Below, in pieces: positions 1-8,920 of a DNA stretch of 64,000 bases (position 1 is its first letter; each line of letters opens with the position of its first letter). Origin of the DNA: Thermoanaerobaculia bacterium (GTDB lineage Bacteria > Acidobacteriota > Thermoanaerobaculia > Multivoradales > Multivoraceae); the NCBI GenBank assembly GCA_963664405.1, contig OY761158.1:384001-448000 (forward strand), given 5' to 3'. A program made the translations under genes and the position numbers. The notes under the pieces were generated by a model. That model was not told where the DNA came from, searched no databases, and was given only the letters and a program-made list of their open reading frames with translations.

Positions 1-235
1 GACCAAGACGAACGCAGACTTCGGGAGCATCTGGGCAGTTTAACAGTCTCTACCGAGCCTGTCGGGAAGCCTCTTCGTAGCCGTCGAAGACCGATGCCAC
101 GAAGCCGAGTGCGCGCTCGTTTTCCGCCGCCGCAGTGGAAAAGTCTGTTGAAATGTGCCCCTCGACAAGCTCGAACTTCAACGCCCCTCGCGACGATATG
201 CACTCTGCACAATTCCTTGAGCGGAGTGTCTACTT

Positions 236-1585
236 TCAAGGTGTCGACGAGGCCATGCGCCGAAAATAGTCTCGTGTTCCAGCCATCACTCGAGGCGCCA
301 AGAAGAGCGCCGCGATCATGTTCGGGAGCGCCATCAGCGCGAAGGCGATATCGACGAGATTGACTGCCGCCTCGGCGCTGAACAGCGCCCCCAGAAAGAG
401 ACCGCCGAGAAAGATGATGTCGTAGCGGCGTGCGTTCTCAGCACCGAAGAGGTAGCTGAAGCATTTGCGTCCGTAATAGGAATAGCCGACCATCGTCGAC
501 GCGCCGAAGAAGATCACCGCCGCAATCAGCAACAGACGACCGCCCCCCCCGAGCGCGGCCTCGAAAGCCTGCCCGGTCAAGGAGACGCCGCGCACCTCCT
601 GCGTTGTCCACAAGCCGCTCGAAAGGATGACGAAGGCCGTCAGCGAGCAGATCACGATGGTGTCGACGAACGGCCCGAGCATCGCGATCAGCCCCTCGCG
701 CACCGGCTCCGAGGTCCTGGCTGCGCCGTGTGCCATAGGCGCGGTACCGATACCCGCCTCGTTCGAGAACGCCGCTCTTCTCACCCCAATCCGCATCACC
801 GTCGCCACCGTGATGCCGGCGGCGCCTCCGGTTGCCGCGGTACCGTTCCAGGCATCGTGAAAGATCTGATGGAGCACGCCGGGCAAGAGCTCGACATTGA
901 GCGCCAAGACCCACAGCGAACCGAGCAGATAGATGCCACACATCAACGGTACGAGCCGGCTGGTAACTCGGCCGATACGCTCGATGCCTCCCCAGGCCAC
1001 CGCCATCACGAAGGAGACGCCGAGAGCTCCGGTCAACCAGCGCGGGATGCTGTAGGCCTGGTCGAGAATCTCCGCCATCTGATTGCTCTGGAACATGGGC
1101 AGGCAGCCGACCAGACCACAGGAGGCAAAGATGACAGCAAGGATTCGGAAACGCTTTCCCATCCCCTCCTCTATGTAGTACATCGGTCCGCCCTGAAGCT
1201 GCCCCAGGCTGTCGCGCCCCCGATACATAACCGCAAGGGTGCAGGTGAAAAACTTGGTCGCCATACCCACCAATGCCGCCACCCACATCCAGAACACGGC
1301 CCCCGGGCCACCCTGGGTAATGGCCACCGCCACACCGCCGATGTTGCCTAGGCCAATCGTCGAGGCAAGCGCGGTAGAGAGCGCCTGAAGGTGGGAGATC
1401 TGCCCTGGGTCGTTCTCGTCATCGAACTCACCGCGCAGGATCCTGATGGCGTGGCCCGCCTTCAGTAGGGGTAGAAAGCGAGCGTACAGGCTAAGAGCGA
1501 GCCCACCCCCGACTACCAGGACGACGAGCGGCGGTCCCCATGCCAGGTCGACCGCAGTCGCCAGAAAGTGATTGATGCGGTCCAA
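236..1585 (-). CDS. Alanine/glycine:cation symporter (AGCS family)
   Basis: Motifs ALASTIGLGNIGGVA, GGPGAVFWMW, GGPMYY, FSNEAGIG, GPFVDTIVIC; TTG start at 1585 follows a GAGGGGAG RBS. Confidence 0.93.
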   Translation of the reverse strand: MDRINHFLATAVDLAWGPPLVVLVVGGGLALSLYARFLPLLKAGHAIRILRGEFDDENDPGQISHLQALSTALASTIGLGNIGGVAVAITQGGPGAVFWMWVAALVGMATKFFTCTLAVMYRGRDSLGQLQGGPMYYIEEGMGKRFRILAVIFASCGLVGCLPMFQSNQMAEILDQAYSIPRWLTGALGVSFVMAVAWGGIERIGRVTSRLVPLMCGIYLLGSLWVLALNVELLPGVLHQIFHDAWNGTAATGGAAGITVATVMRIGVRRAAFSNEAGIGTAPMAHGAARTSEPVREGLIAMLGPFVDTIVICSLTAFVILSSGLWTTQEVRGVSLTGQAFEAALGGGGRLLLIAAVIFFGASTMVGYSYYGRKCFSYLFGAENARRYDIIFLGGLFLGALFSAEAAVNLVDIAFALMALPNMIAALFLAPRVMAGTRDYFRRMASSTP

Positions 1586-1643
1586 GCTCTCCCCTCTCGA
1601 ACTGGGCGCGAGCCCTGCGCGCGAAGTCCCGATTCGTCTCTGA

Positions 1644-2630
1644 TCAGGTCGCGATAACGGACAGCACGGACGGCATGCCTGACGCGACAAGACTCCATTC
1701 AGCGTCGTTGCTCACACGCCACAGCTCTCCGCTATCGGTTCCGATCATCACGCCGCCTGGGACGGCCGGATCCGGCGCCAGACCATGAATGTTCTCGCGC
1801 GCAGGCGAGTGCGCCTCGTCACACAGCGAGCGCCAGGACCTGCCGCCGTCCTCCGAGCGGAAGAGCATCGCCTGCGCTCCCCCATCGTCTCTGTAACTCG
1901 AGAACGCCGTCGGCGCGCTGGCCACGCTGAGCCCATAGGGCGGACGGGGATCAATGCACATGGGACGCGAATAGCGCGGCGTAATTCCGTGCCAGGCGTA
2001 CTGCCACGTAGCTCCGCCGTCTTCGGAACGAAAGACGCCAGCATTTCCTTCCACCATCTCCGCGACACCATCGAGGCGGCCGTAACCGGCGGAGGCGAAC
2101 AGCACTTCCGGTCGGTCTGGCTGTGCACACATCATGTGCAGATCAGGGTTGTCGCGCGGCAGAGTGAACTCCCAACGATCGCCACCGTCGGCGGTGTGCA
2201 TGATGCCGCCGACCTCAACTCCGACCCACAACCTCCTCGGATCCTCTCTGTCGACTACCAGTGCGCGAGCGCGGCCGGGCAGCGGCGGCCGAACCGGCAC
2301 ACACCACTCCTTGGCCCGCGGATGCCGAGCGAAGGAGTCGATTTCGGCCCAGGTGCTACCGCCATCGCCGCTGCGAAAGAGTCCGGCGGGCTGGGTCACC
2401 GCGTAAACGACTCCGTTTCCGGCGCCGCGAGTCTGCCAGACCTCGCGGTCCTCCATCCCGGCCAGAGACCAGGTCTCACCGGCATCATCGGAGAGAAACA
2501 GCCCGGCACCTGTGCCCGCGAACAGTCTGTCTCCGTCACTCGACAGGTCGCGTACGGCGCCGCTCTCGAGCACTTGGCGCGCCTCACCGCGGTGGATCGA
2601 GTAGATACCCCTGGTGGTTCCTGCCAACAC
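1644..2630 (-). CDS. BNR/Asp-box repeat beta-propeller protein
   Basis: Repeated S/T-x-D-x-G-x-x-W Asp-boxes (SDDAGETW, SGDGGSTW, TADGGDRW, SEDGGATW, SEDGGRSW). Confidence 0.85.
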   Translation of the reverse strand: MLAGTTRGIYSIHRGEARQVLESGAVRDLSSDGDRLFAGTGAGLFLSDDAGETWSLAGMEDREVWQTRGAGNGVVYAVTQPAGLFRSGDGGSTWAEIDSFARHPRAKEWCVPVRPPLPGRARALVVDREDPRRLWVGVEVGGIMHTADGGDRWEFTLPRDNPDLHMMCAQPDRPEVLFASAGYGRLDGVAEMVEGNAGVFRSEDGGATWQYAWHGITPRYSRPMCIDPRPPYGLSVASAPTAFSSYRDDGGAQAMLFRSEDGGRSWRSLCDEAHSPARENIHGLAPDPAVPGGVMIGTDSGELWRVSNDAEWSLVASGMPSVLSVIAT

Positions 2631-2954
2631 TTCGATTGCTCCGAGGCTTCGCTGAGGTGCCGACGTGGATCATAGCGCGATGCCTCGCAGTCAGTTTGAT
2701 GCAGGAGATCTCAATCACGAAGGTCGGGCACTCGGCTCCAGCGATTGGTGAAGTACACGGTGAGCTCCTCACCCGGCCATGCCAGCTCGAGGGTTTCCTC
2801 GAACGGGAATGGATCGGACATCTCGACCGTGAGTCGAGAGCGCATGCCAGTACCCGGCAGGTCCATCCACGCCCATCCAACGAGTGCGCTAAGATCGCCC
2901 ACCGTGTCATTCACGACCTGCTCCTCTGGCGCTAGTGCGGCTTCTCGGCTCATC

Positions 2955-3971
2955 GTGAGCTTCAGATCGCTCGCCGCCTGCGCGCTTCTCGTCTTCGCCT
3001 CTGCCCTCCCTACGATCGCCGCATCTCCGCGGACGATTCGCTTCACCTACGAAGTCGAGATCGGGCCCCTGACCGGCGGCTCGGAGCCCGCGCACATCTT
3101 CGTGCCGCTGGCCCAGAGCGACGAGCACCAGCGCGTGCTTTCGCGCGAGATCACCGCCAGCATCCTGGGCGTACTGGGCCACGAGGCGCAGCACGGCAAC
3201 GTCTTCTGGCACGGCCAGCTCGCGCGGCCGGAGGGCGAGACCGTCCACGTGCGCGTTGACTACGTAGTCGAGCGCCGGCCGTACCGGAAGGACGGCCTCG
3301 CCGGTGAGAGCCGCGGCGACGTGCTCTCTCCGGCCGAGGAGCGGCGAGCTCAGCAGTACCTGGACGGGAGCAGCCTCGTGCCCGTGAACCACCCCATGCT
3401 CGCGCCGGTGCTCGCGGAGATCCGGCTCCAGGCTCCGGTCGACGACAAGGCCCGTACCGCCCGCGCCATTTACGACTGGCTGATCGACAACCTGGAGTAC
3501 AAGAAGGTCGGCAGCGGCTGGGGCAACGGCGATGCCTTCTGGGCCTGCTCGGAACGCTATGGCAACTGCACGGACTTCCACTCGCTCTTCAACGCCCTGG
3601 CCCGCAGTTCTAAGATCCCGGCGCGCTTCGAGATCGGTTTCCCGATCCCGGAGGACCGCGGAAGAAGCAGCATCGGTGGCTACCATTGCTGGGCGCAGTT
3701 CTTCCTCCCAGGCGTCGGATGGGTGCCAGTCGACGCCTCGGAGGCCTTCAGGCGCCCAGAGCGACGCGAGGAGTTCTACGGAGGCCAGGGTGCCGATCGC
3801 ATCCGTTTCACGACGGGCCGCGACCTGGAGCTCGGTCCACAGCACACGAGCGGTCCGCTCAACTACTTCATCTATCCGCACGTCGAGCTGGCTGGCGAGA
3901 CGTGGAAGGGACCGATCGAGAAGAAGTTCACCTTCGAAGATGTCCCGACGGACGAGCTGGCGAAAAAATAG
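2955..3971 (+). CDS. Secreted transglutaminase-like domain protein
   Basis: Signal-peptide-like N-terminus from GTG 2955; Cys-His-Asp triad motifs GNCTDF, YHCWAQF, WVPVDAS; ends 11 nt before the selD ATG. Confidence 0.85.
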   Translation: MSFRSLAACALLVFASALPTIAASPRTIRFTYEVEIGPLTGGSEPAHIFVPLAQSDEHQRVLSREITASILGVLGHEAQHGNVFWHGQLARPEGETVHVRVDYVVERRPYRKDGLAGESRGDVLSPAEERRAQQYLDGSSLVPVNHPMLAPVLAEIRLQAPVDDKARTARAIYDWLIDNLEYKKVGSGWGNGDAFWACSERYGNCTDFHSLFNALARSSKIPARFEIGFPIPEDRGRSSIGGYHCWAQFFLPGVGWVPVDASEAFRRPERREEFYGGQGADRIRFTTGRDLELGPQHTSGPLNYFIYPHVELAGETWKGPIEKKFTFEDVPTDELAKK

Positions 3972-3982
3972 TTCCAGAGGAG

Positions 3983-5035
3983 ATGGTGCTGAAGCGAAGG
4001 CCAAGCCTCACGAGCCTGGCAAAGACGTGCGGCTGAGCGGCCAAGCTGAGCCCGGTCGGGCTCTCGGAGTTGCTCTCGGCGCTTCCGCGCCCACAGGATC
4101 CCGCTCTCCTCGTGGGCTTCGAGACGAGCGACGACGCGGCGGTGTACCGCCTCGCGGAGAACCAGGCGGTCGTCTCGACGGCCGATATCATCACGCCGCC
4201 GGTGGACGACCCAGACACCTTCGGCCGGATCGCGGCGGCCAACGCGCTCTCGGACGTCTATGCCATGGGCGCCCGGCCGATCATGGCCCTCAGCCTCGTC
4301 GGCTTCCCCTCGAAGAAGCTCGACGGGGCCGTGCTGATCGACATGATCTCGGGCCTCCAGGAGATCGTCGAGGACGCGGGTGCCGTGCTCGCTGGCGGAC
4401 ACACGACCGAGGACGAGGAGCCCAAGCTCGGCCTGTCGGTCACCGGCCTGGTACACCCCGAAGAAGTGTGGCGCAACGTCGGCGCGCGCGCCGGTGACGC
4501 GCTGGTCCTGACCAAGCCGCTCGGCTCGGGCGTGCTGTTCAACGCGAACCTCAAGGGGAAGGTGTCGGCGGCGGCTCTCCAGACCTGCCTCGACGCTCTC
4601 ACGACCCTCAACGCGCGGGCCGCCGACGTCCTTCGCGGCTTCGAGGTGCACGCGGTGACCGATGTCACAGGCTTCGGCCTCGCCGGCCACGTACTCGAGA
4701 TCGCCCAGGGCTCGGGCGTGACTTGCGTGCTTGATCTGGACGCCCTGCCTATCTTCGACGAGGCGCTGGCCTGCTATAAGCAGGGCGTGACGACAGGTGC
4801 CAACGCCGCCAACCGTGAGCTCGTTGCGCCGCAGGCGCGTTTCGCGCGGCAACTGCCGGCCTGGCGCGAGGAGATCGTCTTCGACCCCCAGACCAGCGGT
4901 GGGCTGCTCGCCGCCGTGCCGAGCCATCAGACGAAGCAGCTGCTGGCCGCTCTCGCTGACGCAGGGGTGGAGGATGCCCGAGAGGTCGGGCGCGTAACGC
5001 CCAGCGACGGAATTCTGTCGCTGGTCTTCGAGTGA
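3983..5035 (+). CDS. selD: Selenophosphate synthetase SelD/SenC, selenocysteine-containing
   Basis: AGAGGAG RBS and ATG 3983 give MVLKRRPSLTSLAKTCG-U-AAKL; TGA 4034-4036 is in frame with the 4070..5035 ORF; motifs DDAAVY, NALSDVYAMG, GGHT, LTKPLG, TDVTGFGL, DPQTSGGLL. Confidence 0.95.
4048..4063 (+). promoter_or_regulatory. Bacterial SECIS hairpin of selD
   Basis: GAGCCC-GGTC-GGGCTC perfect 6-bp stem with a G-starting loop; 11 nt separate it from the in-frame UGA. Confidence 0.8.
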
Positions 5036-5045
5036 GGTCGCTTCG

Positions 5046-6353
5046 ATGAACGGGCCGGATGCAGCGACTCTCGCCAGCTGGATCGCGGACTCGCGTGAGT
5101 GCACGCTCGCCGTCCTCGACGAGCTCGACGACTCACACTTGGACATCCCTCCGTACCTGCCGACCGTGAACCCCTTCCGATGGGAGCTCTGCCACCTCGC
5201 CTGGTTCCAGGATCACTTCGTGCTCCAGCACGGGCTCGGGCTCGACCCGACCGACCCGGAGGCGGCGCGACTCTTCGACTCGGCAGCGGTGGGCCACGAA
5301 CGGCGCTGGCGACAGGAACCGCTGTCGCGCGCCCGCGTGCGCTCCTACCTCATGGCGGTGCGCGACCGGGTGCTGGACGAGCTCGGACGGCGCGAGCCGA
5401 CGGCCGAGCTCCGCGACCTCGTGCTGCTGGGCGTATTCCACGAGGACATGCACGGCGAAGCGTTCACGTATACGCGCCAGGCGCTCGGCCTGCAGCCACC
5501 GAACTCGGCCGTCCTTCCCTCCGGCGCGGTGTCCGGCGTGGCGGGTCGGGCGCCGGGTGGCGACGTCGAGGTGCCGGGCGGTACCTTCCGCCTGGGAGCG
5601 GAGGACGACGGCCGCTTCGCCTTCGACAACGAGCGCTGCGCGCACACCGTGGAGCTGGCGCCGTTCCGGATCGCGCGCCTGCCGGTCAGCCAGGGCGAAC
5701 TGGAGGCCTTCGTCGGCGAGGGAGGCTACGAGCGACCCGAGGTCTGGAGCCCCGCGGGCTGGCAGTGGCGCCAGGCGGTCTCCGCAGAGCAGCCGCTGTA
5801 CTGGAAGCGCGACGGCGAGGGCGGCTGGCTGCGCCGGCACTTCGGCGATCTGCAGCCGGTCGAGCCTGAGCTACCGGCCGTGCACGTCTCCTGGTACGAG
5901 GCCGATGCCTGGTGCCGCTGGGCGGGGCGGCGACTGCCTTCGGAGGCCGAGTGGGAGGCTGCCGCCGCGGCTGAGATCGCGGGCGGCGGGCTCGCAACGA
6001 GCAAGCGCGCGCACCCGTGGGGCGAGGCCCCACCGGACAGATGGCTCGCCAACCTCGACGCGCGCGTGATGGGGTGCGTTCCTTGCGGCGCCCACGCGGC
6101 CGGCGATACGCCGCTGGGGTGCCGCCAGCTCTACGGCAACGTCTGGGAATGGACCGAATCGACCTTCTCGCCGTACCCGGGCTTTGTGCCCGGCGTCTAT
6201 GCCGACTATTCCGAGCCTTGGTTCGGCGCCCGCAAGGTGCTGCGCGGTGGCTCCTGGGCAACGCGCGCCCGCATGCTTCGGAACACGCTACGTAACTTCT
6301 TCACGCCCGAGCGCCGCGACGTCTACGCGGGCTTCCGAACGTGCGCACGGTAA
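5046..6353 (+). CDS. senA: Selenoneine synthase SenA (EgtB-like DinB + FGE-sulfatase fold)
   Basis: NPFRWELCHLAWFQ and HEDMHGE metal-ligand motifs; RLPSEAEWE, GNVWEW, RGGSW, GFR FGE motifs; lacks the EgtB YNGKFM motif (has YADYSEPWF); lies between selD and senB. Confidence 0.85.
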   Translation: MNGPDAATLASWIADSRECTLAVLDELDDSHLDIPPYLPTVNPFRWELCHLAWFQDHFVLQHGLGLDPTDPEAARLFDSAAVGHERRWRQEPLSRARVRSYLMAVRDRVLDELGRREPTAELRDLVLLGVFHEDMHGEAFTYTRQALGLQPPNSAVLPSGAVSGVAGRAPGGDVEVPGGTFRLGAEDDGRFAFDNERCAHTVELAPFRIARLPVSQGELEAFVGEGGYERPEVWSPAGWQWRQAVSAEQPLYWKRDGEGGWLRRHFGDLQPVEPELPAVHVSWYEADAWCRWAGRRLPSEAEWEAAAAAEIAGGGLATSKRAHPWGEAPPDRWLANLDARVMGCVPCGAHAAGDTPLGCRQLYGNVWEWTESTFSPYPGFVPGVYADYSEPWFGARKVLRGGSWATRARMLRNTLRNFFTPERRDVYAGFRTCAR

Positions 6354-7300
6354 TCGTCACGCCGACGCAGCCGGGCTCGCTGACGGGCAATCGCGTCACG
6401 GCAGAGCGCTGGGCGCAGCGGCTCACCGAGCTCGCCCACGACGTGTGCGTCCTCACCGCGTGGGACGGCGAGTCGGCCGATCTTCTCGTCGCTCTCCACG
6501 CCCGCAGGAGCCACGCCTCGGTCGTCCGTTTCAGCGAACGCTTTCCCGGCGCTCCGCTCGTCGTCGGGCTCACGGGCACCGACATCTACGTCGAGCTTCA
6601 CGACGGCGAAGAGTCGCTCGACTCGCTCTACCGGGCAAGACGTCTGGTGGCATTGCAGCGACTCGCGGTGTATCGGCTGCCGCCAGACCTGCGCGACCGC
6701 GTGCGCGTCATCCACCAGTCTGCGGAGCCTCCGGCCGACCGCCCGCCGCCGGCGACGGACGCCTTCGAGGTGTGCGTCCTCGCTCACCTGCGTGCTGTGA
6801 AGGATCCGCTGCTCGCGGCTCGCGCCGTGCGCCGGCTGCCGGCCGACTCGCGGCTGCGCGTCCGTCACGCGGGCCAGGCGCTGGACGAGGATCTCGCCGA
6901 CGCGGCGAGGCATGAGGAGTGCGCCAACCCGCGCTACCGTTGGCTGGGGCCGCTGCCACGCGCCCAGGCCCGGCGACTGTTGGCCTCCAGCCGGGTGCTC
7001 GTCCTGTGCTCGGCCTCCGAGGGCGGCGCCAACGTCGTCTCCGAGGCGATCGCCTGCGGCGTGCCGGTGCTGTCGACGCGAATCGACGGTTCGGTCGGCC
7101 TATTGGGCGAAGACTACCCGGGATACTTCGGCGTCGGCAACGAGTCCGAGCTGGCGGAGCTGCTGCAGCGCGTCGAGACGGACGCCGGCTTCCTCGGCGA
7201 GCTGCGTCGCCGCTGCGACGCCCTCGCGCCGCTGTTCACGCGAGAGGCCGAGCGCCAGGCCTGGCGCGACCTACTGTTCGAGCTCTCCGCGGCCTCATGA
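6341..7300 (+). CDS. senB: Selenosugar synthase SenB (GT-B glycosyltransferase)
   Basis: GNRVTAERW, ALHARRS, LTGTDIY, HLRAVKDP, EGGANVV motifs; overlaps the senA stop. Confidence 0.88.
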   Translation: MRTVIVTPTQPGSLTGNRVTAERWAQRLTELAHDVCVLTAWDGESADLLVALHARRSHASVVRFSERFPGAPLVVGLTGTDIYVELHDGEESLDSLYRARRLVALQRLAVYRLPPDLRDRVRVIHQSAEPPADRPPPATDAFEVCVLAHLRAVKDPLLAARAVRRLPADSRLRVRHAGQALDEDLADAARHEECANPRYRWLGPLPRAQARRLLASSRVLVLCSASEGGANVVSEAIACGVPVLSTRIDGSVGLLGEDYPGYFGVGNESELAELLQRVETDAGFLGELRRRCDALAPLFTREAERQAWRDLLFELSAAS

Positions 7301-7485
7301 TCTCCCATATCGAGAAGGAGTTCGCGACCACAGGCTTATTTAGCCAACGCCGCCCTCGTGCGGCTCATACGGGATTCGATCATCGTATCCCCCTAGGCGT
7401 TCGGCCGGAGCCCGTCCTGTCCGAAAAGTCCGCCGCGCCGTAAGTACCTGCCAAATCAGTGTTTGATGACAGCTAGAATCTCGGA

Positions 7486-8493
7486 ATGAGAGCCGTCCTG
7501 TACCTCGCTCACCTGCTCCTAATCTCTCTCGCTGCCTGGATCAACCGCCATCAGCAGGAGGTGCTGGAATACCTTGTCGAAGAGAACCGGGTGCTGAAAG
7601 AGCAGCTCAGTGGAAGCCGCCTTCGCCTGAACGACGATCAGCGTCGACGACTCGCCGCAAAGGGAAAGAGAATCGGGCGCCAGGCGCTCAACCAAGTAGC
7701 GACCATCGTCACTCCCGACACCCTCATGCGGTGGCATCGACGATTGATCGCCCTGAAGTGGACGTTTGAGGGCAAGGCGTACGGGGCGCCCAGGCATTCT
7801 CAAAGAGATCAAGCGGCTGATCGTGAAGATGGCGACCGCCAACTCGACTTGGGGCTACAGCCGCATCCAAGGCGAGCTGAAAGGGTTGGGCCACCGCGTG
7901 GCCCGAACCACGATCGCTTCGGTCCTCAAGGAGAACGGGATCGGGCCCGCCCCGGAACGCCCCTCGTCCTGGCGGTCGTTTCTGAGGGCTCACTGGGGAG
8001 ACGCAGCCGCCATCGACTTCTTCACCACAGAAGTCTGGACTCGCTCGGGTCTGGCGACGTACTACGTTCTCTTCGTGATCGATCGGAAGAGCCGGCGAGC
8101 CCATCTGGCGGGCGTGACCAGGCATCCGGAGGAGGGCTTCATGGCTCAGGTGGCCCGCAACCTCGCGGACTGCATGCATGGCTTCCTTCGTCTCCACAAA
8201 GACCTGAGGCTGGTGTCAAAGTTGTCCGGAGGCCCCCACGGGCACCAAACGGCAACGCCTTTGCGGAGCGATTCGTGCTCTCGATCAAGTCCGAGTGTCT
8301 TGATCGCATGATCTTCTTCGGCGAGTCCTCACTGCGTCACGCACTAAAAGAGTATCTGGAGCACTACAACCAGGAGCGCGCTCACCAGGGAATTGGAAAC
8401 GAGGTGATCGAACCCCGTCCACTAGGCCGAGGTGATGTCCGTTGCCGCGAGCGACTGGGCGGGCTGCTCAAGCACTACCAACGGGCCGCCTGA
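7486..8493 (+). pseudogene. Integrase-core transposase, frameshifted with an internal deletion
   Basis: Split over two frames: YLVEENRVL..VTPDTLMRWHR / TWGYSRIQGEL..AIDFFTTEV / NAFAERFVLSIKSECL..HYNQERAHQG..RERLGGLLKHY. Confidence 0.85.
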
Positions 8494-8495
8494 CC

Positions 8496-8844
8496 GTGAA
8501 TCTGGTCAACCAGTCGGCGAGCATCCTGAAGCCCAAGCGACCGTTCCTCGAATGGTCGAAGCAAGATGACGCAGAGGGGCTCGCCGAATCGGTCTGCGAG
8601 GCACTTCACGAGGAACCGAACGTCTAGCTCCTGCCTGAATACGAGGACGCCTCTTCTCAGCAGGAGCTATTGAAGGAGTTCTGGCCCGGGTTGTTCGAGG
8701 CCATGCTCGAGGGATGGGTGACGGACGAAGCATGCTGGCCGAGAAAATCGGACCCTCGAGATGTTCCAGGAGTGGTTCGAGATCCAGATGACTTCCGTGG
8801 TTGAGGATCTCGACCTCGACGAGCCACTCCAGCTCCTAGAGTAG
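8496..8844 (+). pseudogene. Small acidic hypothetical protein, disrupted passenger
   Basis: Reads LVNQSASILKPKRPFLEW..PNV*LLPEYED..WPR, then frameshifts to NRTLEMFQEWFEIQ..; internal TAG at 8625-8627. Confidence 0.6.
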
Positions 8845-8920
8845 AAGGACTCAATCGGCGTTGGTGGTAGGAACCGGCCGGCCAAGTTTCTGGACAGGAC
8901 GGGCTCCATAACCGGCTCAA

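Larger units (their letters stand above)
7414..8900 (+). mobile_element. rve/integrase-core IS element, degenerate, with passenger gene
   Basis: Inverted ends GTCCTGTCC (7414) / GGACAGGAC (to 8900), extendable to 16 bp with the flanking GGAGCCC/GGGCTCC. Confidence 0.75.

Noticed and set aside
2711-2953. Small minus-strand ORF ending in TGA beside the selenium operon (possible second selenoprotein)
   Set aside because: No SECIS-like hairpin or recognisable continuation after the TGA
4070-5035. selD starting at TTG 4070 as in the ORF track
   Set aside because: Would lack the catalytic Sec/Lys N-terminus; the RBS-ATG is at 3983
5046-6353. Ergothioneine EgtB call
   Set aside because: Lacks YNGKFM and is flanked by selD and senB; SenA fits better
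8625-8627. Pyrrolysine-type TAG readthrough
   Set aside because: The same ORF also has a frameshift; simple decay is more likely
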